Virus record (IMG/VR): IMGVR_UViG_3300023174_005338
Coordinates: 273,120-337,119 of that record
Reading direction: 5' to 3' (one strand)
Length of the DNA: 64,000 bases
Shown: positions 36,160-46,680 of the stretch, piece after piece
How the letters are laid out: each line of letters starts with the position of its first letter
Position numbering within the stretch: the stretch's first letter is position 1
Made by a program: the position numbers and the translations under genes
Notes under the pieces: model-generated
Databases searched by the model: none
Told to the model about the DNA's origin: nothing
Seen by the model: the letters and a program-made list of their open reading frames with translations, nothing else

Positions 36160-37512
36160 TTATCTCCCTGGAGGTCTTGGGTTGGGTGGTGTAATATTGC
36201 CACCTTGGTCACCGTTGTCGGCTTGTATTTCCAGGATCTTGCTCAAACTCTGGCGGCTTGGAATGTTTCCAATGTCTGTGGTAGGAACTGTGTAGGTGTT
36301 GTTGACAAAGCTGGCACGCTGAGTCAAGGCCTGGGTGGCATAGTCTAAGTCAGTCCTTACATTGTCAGTGATGGCCAGCCAAGCCTGTCCGTTGTAACGG
36401 AACAAGCGATTGGGGAAATAATCCAGTCTCAGACAGTAATCTCCCAAGATCGGTGTGGGAGGAAATTGTGTGCCAGGCGTGACCGGAAGACCATTGGGTG
36501 CATGAGTTGATCCGGTGAGGTACCCTTGTGCATAGCCGAAGCCGTTGGGTGTGATTCCTTCTCCGGTTTGTGTGCCATCCACGGTGTTAGTAGTGTTGTC
36601 AGCAGTGAGTCCGGCACTGGCAGGTTCACCATTGGGCCCGGTGGGCAGGATGTAAAATTTAACGTTATCATAGCCCGAAAGTGGAACTTCTTCATAGGCC
36701 TGTGTGAGTATGGCATCGTTGATGGCCAAGTCTTTGGGTCGTGTGCTTTGCTTGTCACCCACGGTGTTGGGCGTGGTGATTACCGCCCAGTATGCGGTGT
36801 TTGAGATGTCTGTGCCAGGTGGTACATTCTGTGCGGCCTGATAATAGGTGCCGCCGTTGTTGACTATTTCGCCTGCAGGATAAAAGTTGCCAGGATCCCA
36901 GATGTTTTCAGGCATGAATGGTTGATCAATGATTTGGCTGTATTCTTGTGCATTGACCATGGGCGTGGCCTTGATGCGCCACAGGTGTGGTTGCCAGGTC
37001 TGGCTGAATCCTTCGCTGGCAAAATTGCCATCTTGTATCACATAGTATCTGGCCAGGCTCTTGACCAAGGTGGTATCCAGGGGATGATAATCTCGAAGAT
37101 TGGGTATTTCAATTACATCGCCACTCATGAGCTTGCGACCCAGGGTGTCTATCATGTCGTTGTAGTGGAAGGTGATAAACAAGGTATCACCGTTGAGAAA
37201 CAGGCCAAACTGCGTAAGGTCAAAATCTATGTCTTGGGTTCTATAAACACCGCGCATGACAAACACATCAGGAGCATACACTCGATCGCGGTTTTCCAAC
37301 AACAGGAGATCTTCGATAAAAAGTGGATTGGTACTGTTGTAGTTGGGTATAGTGGCATCATTGTTGCCGTTGTCGGTGCCAGCACCCTGCGGACCAAGAT
37401 ATTTGTGCACCAGGATATCAATGCCGCCCACAGTGAACATTTCACTGATGTTGCGATCAAGATATTGGTAATCGTAGGTTCGATTGGGGCGATAAAGGCT
37501 CAAGCGTGGCAT
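36160..37512 (-). CDS. Neck/head-closure protein (gp14-like) with extension
   Basis: EDLLLLENRDR.Y, DLTQFGLFL.D.LFITFH and GDVIEIP. ATG 37512 is 7 nt after TAAATA. Confidence 0.6.
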   Translation of the reverse strand: MPRLSLYRPNRTYDYQYLDRNISEMFTVGGIDILVHKYLGPQGAGTDNGNNDATIPNYNSTNPLFIEDLLLLENRDRVYAPDVFVMRGVYRTQDIDFDLTQFGLFLNGDTLFITFHYNDMIDTLGRKLMSGDVIEIPNLRDYHPLDTTLVKSLARYYVIQDGNFASEGFSQTWQPHLWRIKATPMVNAQEYSQIIDQPFMPENIWDPGNFYPAGEIVNNGGTYYQAAQNVPPGTDISNTAYWAVITTPNTVGDKQSTRPKDLAINDAILTQAYEEVPLSGYDNVKFYILPTGPNGEPASAGLTADNTTNTVDGTQTGEGITPNGFGYAQGYLTGSTHAPNGLPVTPGTQFPPTPILGDYCLRLDYFPNRLFRYNGQAWLAITDNVRTDLDYATQALTQRASFVNNTYTVPTTDIGNIPSRQSLSKILEIQADNGDQGGNITPPNPRPPGR

Positions 37513-37534
37513 AGTCTTGTATTTATGGGGCAAA

Positions 37535-37563
37535 TTGACTTGACATGCCAAAGCAGTTATAAT
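37535..37563 (+). promoter_or_regulatory. Sigma70-type early promoter
   Basis: TTGACT-17 nt-TATAAT, 7 nt before ATG 37571. Confidence 0.75.
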
Positions 37564-37570
37564 TACAAGC

Positions 37571-37825
37571 ATGGATGAACTACTAGAACGTCTGGACCAA
37601 ATTGAGCGCAAAATACCACAGATCCGCAACAAAGTGGCCCGCAGAGATCTAATGAAAATGCTCAAAAACATTGATGCGGCCATTAATGAGATCAGCCGCG
37701 AAAGTGTAGAGTGTCGTAGATTGCATAAAGAAACCCTGCGCCACAAGGAATTGGTCCAGCAGGTCAAAACATTGATTGCTAATCTGGAGCAACACCTAAC
37801 ATTTGCGGCCTTATTAAACGGTTGA
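37571..37825 (+). CDS. Hypothetical early protein (coiled coil)
   Basis: 84-aa ORF directly behind a sigma70 promoter. Confidence 0.6.
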   Translation: MDELLERLDQIERKIPQIRNKVARRDLMKMLKNIDAAINEISRESVECRRLHKETLRHKELVQQVKTLIANLEQHLTFAALLNG

Positions 37826-37850
37826 CCAAAAATGAGTCACATGTTATAAT
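37822..37850 (+). promoter_or_regulatory. Sigma70-type early promoter
   Basis: TTGACC-17 nt-TATAAT; AGGAG SD downstream. Confidence 0.75.
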
Positions 37851-37873
37851 AATCAAATAACCTAGGAGAACCC

Positions 37874-39019
37874 ATGAACGCACGAGCCGCAACTGTGATC
37901 AAACCTTTGAATCCCAAAGGCGCTGAAACCAAATATGTTGGGCACGAACCCGACTGGAAATTCCAACCCACAGAAGATAATCGCATCAGTGCATTCAGCA
38001 AGGCCTTTGCCTGGTACAACTATCACTATGGCAAAAAAGATGCCAAGGACATGCTGTGTCAGTATCTGGACGTCAATCACCGAAGCAAGGATGCCAAACT
38101 CATGCGTGGCATTCCGGACAGCCAGATTCGTTTGACCCCGGCCTGGGTGTGCAGGATGACCTTGATGGGTCTGACGCTCAACGAGCATGAACAATGTATC
38201 ATTGACGAACAGATCGCCACGATGCTGAAAATCAAACAAGAAGTCAAAAAGGTCATTGATGAAGCCGAAGTGGCTGTGGCAAAACTGACCATACAGGATC
38301 ATCTGCGTGAGAAAGTGTCCGAGTGTGCTGGCGAGCTAGAAGGCATGTTTGATGACTTTATCTCAGCTGGCGCCAAGATGACGGCGGACTGGAAACCCAT
38401 TGCTCAGATCCGTGGCATGAACATCAGTCCCAACATGGTGGGCACCATTGCTGATGTGTGGAAAAAGAAGTTGGCTGAATTTGAGGAAGTGCTAGAAGGA
38501 ACCGATGCTGACTTGGCTGAAGGTTACAGTCATTTAAACAAAAATCAAATCAAACAGTGCATCAAATTCATTGAACAGGTCATTGCTGACTGTGGCAACT
38601 ATGTGCAGATCAAAAAAGTGGAACGCAAACCTAGGGCCAAGAAAGCGGTTAGCCCTGAAAAACTATCAGCCAAGTTCAAGTACATGAAAGACTTTGCCGA
38701 GCTTAAACTGACCAGCATAGCACCTGCACAATTGGTCAATGCCAGCGAAGCTTGGTTGTACGACACCAAGAAACGCAAGTTGATCCATGTGATGTGTGAC
38801 AGTCACTTGGGTTCGTTCAGTGTCAAAGGATCGGCCATTGTGGGTTTTGACACCATGCAAACTGTACAAAAAACTCTACGCAAGCCTGTAGAACAGCTCA
38901 AAGAGCTATTAAGTGGTGGCAAACCCGCGGCTCGTAAGGTGTTCAAAGATATCCGAGCCACAGAAACCAAGTACAACGGGCGTGGCAACGAGAATCTGAT
39001 CATATTGCGGAGTTGGTAA
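37874..39019 (+). CDS. Conserved T4-like phage hypothetical protein
   Basis: Long ORF with strong SD; C-terminal W.YDTK.RKL, KTLRKP and GR.N...IILR motifs. Confidence 0.65.
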   Translation: MNARAATVIKPLNPKGAETKYVGHEPDWKFQPTEDNRISAFSKAFAWYNYHYGKKDAKDMLCQYLDVNHRSKDAKLMRGIPDSQIRLTPAWVCRMTLMGLTLNEHEQCIIDEQIATMLKIKQEVKKVIDEAEVAVAKLTIQDHLREKVSECAGELEGMFDDFISAGAKMTADWKPIAQIRGMNISPNMVGTIADVWKKKLAEFEEVLEGTDADLAEGYSHLNKNQIKQCIKFIEQVIADCGNYVQIKKVERKPRAKKAVSPEKLSAKFKYMKDFAELKLTSIAPAQLVNASEAWLYDTKKRKLIHVMCDSHLGSFSVKGSAIVGFDTMQTVQKTLRKPVEQLKELLSGGKPAARKVFKDIRATETKYNGRGNENLIILRSW

Positions 39020-39040
39020 ATATAGGAACACGGAGTTCCT

Positions 39041-39811
39041 ATGGCACTAGAAAGTCAATCCAGCACTGAAACATTAAAACAAGAACTTATAGATTATGTG
39101 CGCCTGCAATTGGGCGATCAAATCGTCGATATCGAGCTGGATGCCGAACACTACGAAGCTGCTTATCAACGCACCATTGGTGTTTACCGTCAACGGGCAC
39201 AAAATGCCTATGAAGAAAGCTACAGTTTCTTAGAGCTTGTGACCAACGTCAACATCTATGACTTGCCACAAGAAGTGATTACCGTGCGTCAAATATTCCG
39301 CAGAACTTTTGGCGATAGCACAGGACCGTTTGCATCAAATTTTGACCCATTCAGCCAAGCCAGTCTCAATGTGTATTTGATGAATTTCAATGTGGCTGGT
39401 GGACTTGCTACCTACGATTTCTACAGTCAATATGTGGAACAGGCCGGCCGCATGTTTGGTGCCTACATGAACTACACCTGGAATCCTGTGACCAAGAAAC
39501 TGCAATTGATCCGCGACCCCAAGGGCACCGGCGAAAATGTGCTGTTATGGACCTACAATCTCAAACCCGAATTCAATCTGCTGAGAGATTATCAAATCCA
39601 ACAATGGATCCGCGACTACATGGTTGCGGCCTGCAAGATGATCATTGGTGAGGCACGTGAAAAATTTGGACAGTATGCGGGCCCACAAGGCGGCAGCCAA
39701 CTCAACGGAACTGCCATGAAGGGCGAAGCACAGGCCCAAATGGACAGCCTGATCGAACAGCTCAAACTCTATGTAGACGGCAGTCAGCCCATAACCTGGG
39801 TCATAGGTTAA
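39041..39811 (+). CDS. gp13: Neck protein/head-tail adaptor (gp13-like)
   Basis: LGD..VDIELD, WIRDY..A..K...GEAR.KF...GPQGG..LNG. Confidence 0.75.
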   Translation: MALESQSSTETLKQELIDYVRLQLGDQIVDIELDAEHYEAAYQRTIGVYRQRAQNAYEESYSFLELVTNVNIYDLPQEVITVRQIFRRTFGDSTGPFASNFDPFSQASLNVYLMNFNVAGGLATYDFYSQYVEQAGRMFGAYMNYTWNPVTKKLQLIRDPKGTGENVLLWTYNLKPEFNLLRDYQIQQWIRDYMVAACKMIIGEAREKFGQYAGPQGGSQLNGTAMKGEAQAQMDSLIEQLKLYVDGSQPITWVIG

Positions 39812-39817
39812 TCACCA

Positions 39818-39846
39818 TAGACTAAAACCAAAATACATGCTATAAT
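39818..39846 (+). promoter_or_regulatory. Sigma70-type promoter with extended -10
   Basis: TAGACT-17 nt-TATAAT preceded by TGn, 6 nt before ATG 39853. Confidence 0.65.
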
Positions 39847-39852
39847 CATAGC

Positions 39853-40377
39853 ATGAGCACCAGTTTAATGATCGACATAGAAGGCCTGGCCACTGGACCA
39901 GATGCCACCATCTTGACCATAGCGGCCCAGAGCTTTGATCCATTTGGAACAGGTTACTATGACCGTTGCTACTATGCCAGGATCACTCTGGAAAGCCAGG
40001 AAAATCGCGCCATTGAACAAGGCACTGTAGATTGGTGGGCAACGCAGAAGGAAGCACAGGTCGAAGCCTTCATGGAAGAAGGCCGTGTGCCGTTGGACCA
40101 AGCACTTGATAGCTTGTACAAGTTAGCCTGGCAACACAAGTTTATATTTGCAAACGGTCCCACCTATGACATGAATATTCTGGAGCATGCCTACAAGAGT
40201 TACAACAAGGCCCTGCCTTGGCAGTTCTACAATGTGCGTGATGCCAGAACCATCTATAGTTTATGGCCTGGGCTACCTCGCCCTGCTACCAGCCATCATG
40301 CTCTTGAAGACTGCCGTAGACAGATTGACATGTTGCAGGCCACACTTAGACATTTGAACGTTAAGGAGATGAGATGA
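39853..40377 (+). CDS. DEDDh 3'-5' exonuclease (DexA/RNase AS-like)
   Basis: MIDIE, NGPTYD, RDART and HHALEDC. Confidence 0.85.
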   Translation: MSTSLMIDIEGLATGPDATILTIAAQSFDPFGTGYYDRCYYARITLESQENRAIEQGTVDWWATQKEAQVEAFMEEGRVPLDQALDSLYKLAWQHKFIFANGPTYDMNILEHAYKSYNKALPWQFYNVRDARTIYSLWPGLPRPATSHHALEDCRRQIDMLQATLRHLNVKEMR

Positions 40378-41036
40378 TCATTGGCGTATGCGGACTTATA
40401 GGTGCCGGCAAAGACACCATTGCAGACTATCTGGTAAACATACATCAGTTCAGACGTGAAAGTTTTGCCAACACTTTGAAAGATGCTGTGGCCAATGTGT
40501 TTGGATGGGATCGCGAACTGCTGGAAGGACGCACACGGCACAGCCGAGAATGGCGCGAACAAGTGGATCCTTGGTGGGCCGAACGCTTGGGCATGCCCGA
40601 TCTTACTCCAAGATGGGTGCTACAATATTGGGGCACCGAAGTGGTGCGTAGAGGATTTCACGACGATACCTGGATAGCCAGCCTAGAAAATCGCCTGCGA
40701 AAAACCACAGATGATGTGGTCATTAGCGATTGCAGATTTTCCAACGAAATTGATGCCATTAAAAGAGCCGGCGGCGTGGTTATTAGGGTGGTTCGAGGTC
40801 CAGAGCCCAAATGGTACCCGCTAGCTGAATCTGTAAACGCAGGACCCACAAACATCACCTGGTCATTGAGCAAAGATCAATTGGCCAAATACAAAGTTCA
40901 TGCCAGTGAAACTGCTTGGATTGGCACTGAGTTTGATGCTGTGTTAGACAACAACAGCACCATGGATCATTTGTACAGCCAACTCACAGGTCTGGTTCAA
41001 GATCTCCAGGCCTCCAAACCAGGTCCGACCTGTTGA
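40374..41036 (+). CDS. gp1: Deoxynucleoside monophosphate kinase
   Basis: GLIGAGKDT, FANTLKD, TPRWVLQYWGTE and VISDCRF.NE. Confidence 0.9.
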   Translation: MIIGVCGLIGAGKDTIADYLVNIHQFRRESFANTLKDAVANVFGWDRELLEGRTRHSREWREQVDPWWAERLGMPDLTPRWVLQYWGTEVVRRGFHDDTWIASLENRLRKTTDDVVISDCRFSNEIDAIKRAGGVVIRVVRGPEPKWYPLAESVNAGPTNITWSLSKDQLAKYKVHASETAWIGTEFDAVLDNNSTMDHLYSQLTGLVQDLQASKPGPTC

Positions 41037-41331
41037 TTTCTATCACACAATTCTGACAAATCGTTTTAAGATTTCTCAACGTGCTGTTGTTGAGATTGCC
41101 GTCTACATGATATACCACAAGCTGTGCTGAATACTTGGCACGAAACCCACAGCGATCACATGTGGGTTTTTTCTTATAGCCTGACAATTTCCAACGCGGA
41201 TCCGGCGGTCTTTTTTTCTTGGATTTATTCAAGCACACAGAGCACTTGCTGCGATAATATATCTTGTTGTATTTGTGATAGGCCACAGCACGTGGTCTTT
41301 GGCGACAATCTGGACATATAGGTCTATTCAT
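40984..41331 (-). CDS. Small Zn-binding HNH-like protein
   Basis: CPDC, CSVC, CDRC and HVDGNLNN....NLKTICQNC. TAAATA 5 nt upstream. Confidence 0.7.
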   Translation of the reverse strand: MNRPICPDCRQRPRAVAYHKYNKIYYRSKCSVCLNKSKKKRPPDPRWKLSGYKKKPTCDRCGFRAKYSAQLVVYHVDGNLNNSTLRNLKTICQNCVIEINRSDLVWRPGDLEPDL

Positions 41332-41430
41332 AGCCGTATTTAGTACACGGACCTACATATAGGCGTCAACAACCGCCGGGTTTTTTGGTTTCGCCGATAA
41401 ATATCTTTAATTAATAAAAAGGAATTAGTC

Positions 41431-44400
41431 ATGGCCTTACTATCCCCAGGTGTACAAGTCAGTGTAATTGACCAAAGCAATTACACGCCCGCCGCTGCCG
41501 GCTCAACCCCATTTATGCTTTTGGTTACTGCCGAGAACAAAATATCCGGCGCTGGCACTGGCATAGCTCCCGGAACCTTGGCTGCAAATGCCAACAAACT
41601 TTACTTAATGACCAGCCAACGAGATTTGCTCAGCACGTTTGGTGTGCCATTTTTCTACAATACCACAGCTGGAACGCCCATCAACGGTTACGAGTTAAAC
41701 GAATACGGATTATTGGCTGCTTATTCGGCCCTGGGTGTGACCAACCTGGCTTATGTCATGCGAGCCGATATTGATTTAGCGGCCCTTACAGCCACACTGA
41801 ATCGTCCAGTGGGTGCGCCGGCCAATGGCACATATTGGTTTGACACTACCAACAGTACATTTGGCATCAATGAATGGAATATCTCCACATCAGAATTTAC
41901 CAAAAAAACTCCCAGCGTAATCACCGACACTGTGTATTTAGAAACACTCAGCACAGTACCTTTGTCCAGTTATGGCAGCATTGGTGACTATGCAGTCACT
42001 GCCACAAGCACGTTCAATCCTATCTACTACAAACGCGGCGGTCCTACCACAGCGCAAGCACCCGGCTGGTTACAAGACGGCGCCAGCGCCGGTGTCTTGT
42101 ACAATACCTGGGTACTTGTAGGCAGCGACGAATGGAAAACAGCCTGGCCTACTATCCAAGGAACCTTGGCTCCAACCAGTTTAACTGCGGGCAATAGTTT
42201 TGCCATCAATGATGTCACAATCACAGTGGCCGCAAGCCCCAACAACACAGTGCTGTACACAGCTGGCCTGATCAACGCGGCTCTCAATGCCAGTGGTGTT
42301 TACGCTGCCAACATTGGCGGAAAACTCACACTGTATGCAGACAGCACAGCCACCAATGATGGCAGCACAGAAGGCACTGGAGTGATTGCCATCAACAACG
42401 TTTCTGGCACACCCTTGGCCACCTTAGGCATCACCGCTGGTCAATATGCTGCTCCTGCCTATTTCCATGGTGCCAGTTATCAAGCACCAAGATGGCGTAG
42501 CACCGACACACAACCGGAACCCACTGGCAGCGTGTTTCAACAGACCAATGCTGTCAATCAAGGCATGCTGATACAGGTCAAACGCTATGATGCCACTCTA
42601 GGCACTTTTGTATTGCAGGCATGTCCAGTGTTTTTCAATGATGCCGCAGCAATTTATGGCTTGGATCCGATCAACGGTGGACAAAGCATTCCTGCAGGAA
42701 CAACTTATGCACAGATTGATCCACTGAGAAATGAGACTGGTGGATTTGAAATTCTTGAAAGAGTTGCTACCGGAGCCACAGTGGTCACCGGACTTGTGAC
42801 AAATCCAGTGTTTGTAAATGGATCAACATTCCGGATCTCAGCAACTGAACCAGAGACTCCAAATTATATCATCCCGTCGGTGTTGGCTACCATAAACGGT
42901 ACCACAGCTGCAGATTTTGTAGCTGCTGTGAGCGCTGCTGCTATTCCCAACGTAAGCGCCGAAGTCAACTCGGCCGGCGCCATAGTGTTTACACATGCCA
43001 CCGGAGGTGACATATCATTGAAAGAAGGCACCAACACACCTCTAGCTGATGCAGGATTCACCGCATCTACACCCGGATGCAGATTTGACTATTCTGACGA
43101 TGGATTATTGCTCAGCAACTGGGTTGGTTCACCAACGTTTACCTACACAGCTAGTGCCAGCACACCCAACATAGATCCTGCCAACGGCACCTACTGGTAT
43201 TACAGTGATGCTACCACGGTAGACATCATGATTCAAAACAATGGTATCTGGAACGGCTATCAGAATGTCACCAACGATGTGCGTGGATTTAACCTCAGCC
43301 TCACCAATGAAGCTGGTCCTATTTTCAGTACCACAGCGCCTACCACGCAGACCGATGCAGCTGAAAGTCCCTTGGTGCTTGGCGACCTTTGGATTGACAC
43401 CAGTGATCTAGAAAACTATCCTTTGATCAATCGCTGGCAAAATGTGGATGGTGAAAATCAATGGGTCCGCATCAACAACACTGATCAGACCACTATCAAT
43501 GGTGTGCTGTTTGCTGATGCACGTTGGGCACCCAATGGCACCACCAATCCCATCACTGATCCTATTCCTCCCATAGCCACTGGTAGCACTCCATTGATTA
43601 CCAGCAATTATGTGGATCTTGATGCCCCTGATCCAGAACTGTATCCCGAAGGTATCTTGTTGTTTAACACACGGCGTAGTGGTTTCAATGTGAAATCGTT
43701 CCAGGTCAATTACTTCAATGCTCAAGACTATCCATCACCTGCGGTATTGCCTAGTCAGACCGATGCCTGGGTCACAGCTTCGGCCAATCGCAACGATGGT
43801 AGTCCCAACATGGGCCGCCATGCACAACGCTATCTCATTGTGCAGGCACTGAGAGTGGCCATTGATACCAGCACACAGATCCGTGAAAATCAAGCACAGT
43901 TTAACTTGATCACTTGTGTACAGTATCCAGAATTGGCACCCAACATGGTGGTACTCAACAACGATCGTGGCGAAACTGCGTTCAGCTTGGTAGATACGCC
44001 ATTGCGCCTGACTCCGCAAGAGATTGTTACCTGGGCCACCAACAACAATGGACTGGGTCTCAGCACCGGAGACGGAAACTTGGCTGGCGGCGATGCATAC
44101 GCAGCCTCATTCTATCCCAGCTGTACCACCACAGACCTCACAGGAAACGTAGTGGTCACAGCACCAAGTCACATGATGTTGCGCACCATAATCCGCAGTG
44201 ACGCCGTGGCCTATCCATGGTTTGCACCAGCCGGCCTGCGCCGTGGTGTGGTAGACAATGCGTTGCAAATTGGTTATCTACAAGCCCAGACTGGTGAGTT
44301 TGAACCCTTGGGTGTGAACCAAGGACTACGTGATGTGTTGTATTCTAACAATGTTAACCCAATCACGTTTATTCCAGGCACGGGCATTACCAACTTTGGT

Positions 44401-44760
44401 AACCATACCTTGCAAGGCACGGCCACAGCATTGGATCGTATCAACGTGGCACGTTTGGTGGCCTTTATACGCGGTCGTCTTGAAATCATTGGCAACCAAT
44501 ACTTGTTTGAACCCAACGACACGATCACTAGAGCTGCAATTACCAACCAGATCACTGCACTCATGGTTGACCTGGTCAACAAGCGTGGCTTGTATGATTA
44601 CTTGGTGGTGTGTGACTTGACCAACAATACTCCAACCACCATTGATCGCAACGAACTGTATGTGGACATAGCCATTGAACCAGTCAAGGCCGTGGAGTTT
44701 ATCTACATACCAATGCGTATTCAAAACACAGGAACCATTGCGGCACAGGCGGCAGCGTAA
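41431..44760 (+). CDS. gp18: Tail sheath protein with large inserted domains
   Basis: LSPGVQVSVID N-terminus; PWFAPAG..RG, LDRINVARL, FEPND..TR and IEPVKAVEFIYIP C-terminus. Confidence 0.93.
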   Translation: MALLSPGVQVSVIDQSNYTPAAAGSTPFMLLVTAENKISGAGTGIAPGTLAANANKLYLMTSQRDLLSTFGVPFFYNTTAGTPINGYELNEYGLLAAYSALGVTNLAYVMRADIDLAALTATLNRPVGAPANGTYWFDTTNSTFGINEWNISTSEFTKKTPSVITDTVYLETLSTVPLSSYGSIGDYAVTATSTFNPIYYKRGGPTTAQAPGWLQDGASAGVLYNTWVLVGSDEWKTAWPTIQGTLAPTSLTAGNSFAINDVTITVAASPNNTVLYTAGLINAALNASGVYAANIGGKLTLYADSTATNDGSTEGTGVIAINNVSGTPLATLGITAGQYAAPAYFHGASYQAPRWRSTDTQPEPTGSVFQQTNAVNQGMLIQVKRYDATLGTFVLQACPVFFNDAAAIYGLDPINGGQSIPAGTTYAQIDPLRNETGGFEILERVATGATVVTGLVTNPVFVNGSTFRISATEPETPNYIIPSVLATINGTTAADFVAAVSAAAIPNVSAEVNSAGAIVFTHATGGDISLKEGTNTPLADAGFTASTPGCRFDYSDDGLLLSNWVGSPTFTYTASASTPNIDPANGTYWYYSDATTVDIMIQNNGIWNGYQNVTNDVRGFNLSLTNEAGPIFSTTAPTTQTDAAESPLVLGDLWIDTSDLENYPLINRWQNVDGENQWVRINNTDQTTINGVLFADARWAPNGTTNPITDPIPPIATGSTPLITSNYVDLDAPDPELYPEGILLFNTRRSGFNVKSFQVNYFNAQDYPSPAVLPSQTDAWVTASANRNDGSPNMGRHAQRYLIVQALRVAIDTSTQIRENQAQFNLITCVQYPELAPNMVVLNNDRGETAFSLVDTPLRLTPQEIVTWATNNNGLGLSTGDGNLAGGDAYAASFYPSCTTTDLTGNVVVTAPSHMMLRTIIRSDAVAYPWFAPAGLRRGVVDNALQIGYLQAQTGEFEPLGVNQGLRDVLYSNNVNPITFIPGTGITNFGNHTLQGTATALDRINVARLVAFIRGRLEIIGNQYLFEPNDTITRAAITNQITALMVDLVNKRGLYDYLVVCDLTNNTPTTIDRNELYVDIAIEPVKAVEFIYIPMRIQNTGTIAAQAAA

Positions 44761-44766
44761 AGCACA

Positions 44767-44794
44767 CAGGCAAATTTCACCATAAATTTGCCTG
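44767..44794 (+). terminator. Hairpin between sheath and tube genes
   Basis: CAGGCAAATTT-CACCAT-AAATTTGCCTG, followed by TAAATA at 44807. Confidence 0.5.
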
Positions 44795-44836
44795 GCTTGC
44801 ATGCCATAAATAAACACATACTAGGATGATACTCAA

Positions 44837-45463
44837 ATGACAACAGCCTCACTTACCAAACTAACAGTACCACTGGCCAGCGATCAAAGCACATCGGCAC
44901 AAGGTTTGCTGATGCCAAAACTCAAGTATCGCTTCCGCGTTACTTTTTTGAATCTGGGTGTTACCCAGCCCACAACAGAACTGACCAAACAGGTCATGGA
45001 TTTTACACGTCCACAGGTCACGTTTGACAACATTGACCTGCCCATCTACAACAGCACCATACGTTTGGCCGGCAAACATTCATGGACAGATATCACTTGT
45101 CAGGTGCGTGATGACGCAGCCGGCAATGTCAGCCGCTTGGTCGGTGAGCAACTGCAGAAACAGTTGGATTTCTTGGAACAAAGCAGTGCCGCTTCGGGCA
45201 TTGACTACAAGTTTACCACAGTGTTTGAAGTGTTAGATGGAGGCAATGGTGCCAATGCTCCTATTGCCCTTGAAACCTGGACCATCTTGGGTTGCTATCT
45301 ACAAGGGGTCAACTACAACGATGCCAACTACGGTTCTGGCACAGAGCCCATGACAGTGAGCATGACCATACGCTATGACAACGCCTTGCAGACCTTGACT
45401 GGTGCTGATGTGGGTGTTGGTGCGTCAATTCCGTTGACAGTCAACAACGTAGCCACAGGTTAA
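44837..45463 (+). CDS. gp19: Tail tube protein
   Basis: PKLKYRFRV, RP.V.F, AGK..W..I and IRYDNA; follows the sheath gene. Confidence 0.85.
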   Translation: MTTASLTKLTVPLASDQSTSAQGLLMPKLKYRFRVTFLNLGVTQPTTELTKQVMDFTRPQVTFDNIDLPIYNSTIRLAGKHSWTDITCQVRDDAAGNVSRLVGEQLQKQLDFLEQSSAASGIDYKFTTVFEVLDGGNGANAPIALETWTILGCYLQGVNYNDANYGSGTEPMTVSMTIRYDNALQTLTGADVGVGASIPLTVNNVATG

Positions 45464-45469
45464 TAGTCT

Positions 45470-46678
45470 ATGGCGTTTGGCCAAGACACTCTTCAACCGT
45501 TTCCTCCTGGCGAAGGTCTTCGCGATTATCGCCACGCGGAAAAAACTTTTCGAGCAGGCGGCTACGATCTCGCGCCTCGCAACAAGTTTTTATTTTATGT
45601 TTATTTCAACTTAAACACCAACATACCTGCAGTGGCCAACCTGACTTCGGGCGGCAAAAGCAGCACCATTGGACTCACAGTCAAAACAGCACAATTGCCC
45701 GGCTACACCATTGATGTGGCCACAATGAATCAGTACAATCGCAAACGGCTGGTCCAGACCAAGATCAACTACAATCCTGCTCAAATTGTGTTCAACGATG
45801 ATCACAGTGACCTGGTACGCAACATGTGGTATCAGTACTATCAGTACTACTACAGCGATCCGGTCTACAAATACGGCAACACACCCAATCAATCAGGAAC
45901 TCTGGGAGAAATCAGTAGCCTGCTCAGTGGATTCAGTTACAACAGCAACGACACCTATTCAGCCAGCAGACCTGTACAAAAATGGGGCCTCAATGGTCAA
46001 GGCTATGCCAATCCCAGTCTGCAGAGTCTGGCCAGCAGTTTGTTAACTGGCCCAGCCAGCGGACAAGAACCTTTCTTCAGAGACATCACCATCTACGGCA
46101 TGAGTCAAAAGACCTATGCTCAGTACACCATGATCAATCCGTTGATCACTGACTGGACTCATGACACCTATGACTATGGACAGGGCAACGGCATCATGAC
46201 TCATACCATGAGCATACGCTATGAAAATGTCAAGTACTATTCTGGTGCAGTGGGTGGCGCACAACCCAGTGATCCGGTCACAGGTTTTGCCAATCCTTCG
46301 CACTATGATGTGGCACCAAGCCCAATTGCTGTACCTGGCAGCACGGCCACAGTGGAAAGTCAAGGCTCTATACAACCCAGCCCCAATGGCAGCAAGCAAG
46401 ATCTACAGAGCCTGGCTCAAGGACAAAATACCTTGCAAAATGTACTGGGTGCTGTGGGACAAGCCTTGGTACCCTCGGCGGCCAGTTTCCTAAACGGTCA
46501 GTTGGCTGGTTCAGGTGCCTTGGGAGCAGCCTTGGTCACTGGCCTGGGTGTAGCAGCCGGTATTGGTGTGCCTGGCAGCATAGGTCAAGTGCCCAATGGA
46601 ACTGGTGGCATGAATTTTCCCACCCCCGCTGGTGTGGACGCCGCTACCAAACTTAGAAATCTCATCAGCGGAGGTTGA
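45470..46678 (+). CDS. Tail tube-like baseplate protein (gp54/gp48-like)
   Basis: PRNKFLFYV.F, VK..QLP.....TMNQYNRK...QTKI.Y.P..I.F.DD. Confidence 0.6.
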   Translation: MAFGQDTLQPFPPGEGLRDYRHAEKTFRAGGYDLAPRNKFLFYVYFNLNTNIPAVANLTSGGKSSTIGLTVKTAQLPGYTIDVATMNQYNRKRLVQTKINYNPAQIVFNDDHSDLVRNMWYQYYQYYYSDPVYKYGNTPNQSGTLGEISSLLSGFSYNSNDTYSASRPVQKWGLNGQGYANPSLQSLASSLLTGPASGQEPFFRDITIYGMSQKTYAQYTMINPLITDWTHDTYDYGQGNGIMTHTMSIRYENVKYYSGAVGGAQPSDPVTGFANPSHYDVAPSPIAVPGSTATVESQGSIQPSPNGSKQDLQSLAQGQNTLQNVLGAVGQALVPSAASFLNGQLAGSGALGAALVTGLGVAAGIGVPGSIGQVPNGTGGMNFPTPAGVDAATKLRNLISGG

Positions 46679-46680
46679 TC

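Noticed and set aside
37513-37767. N-terminal extension of the 36160..37767 ORF
   Set aside because: It overlaps a plus-strand gene and its promoter; ATG 37512 sits directly after a TAAATA.
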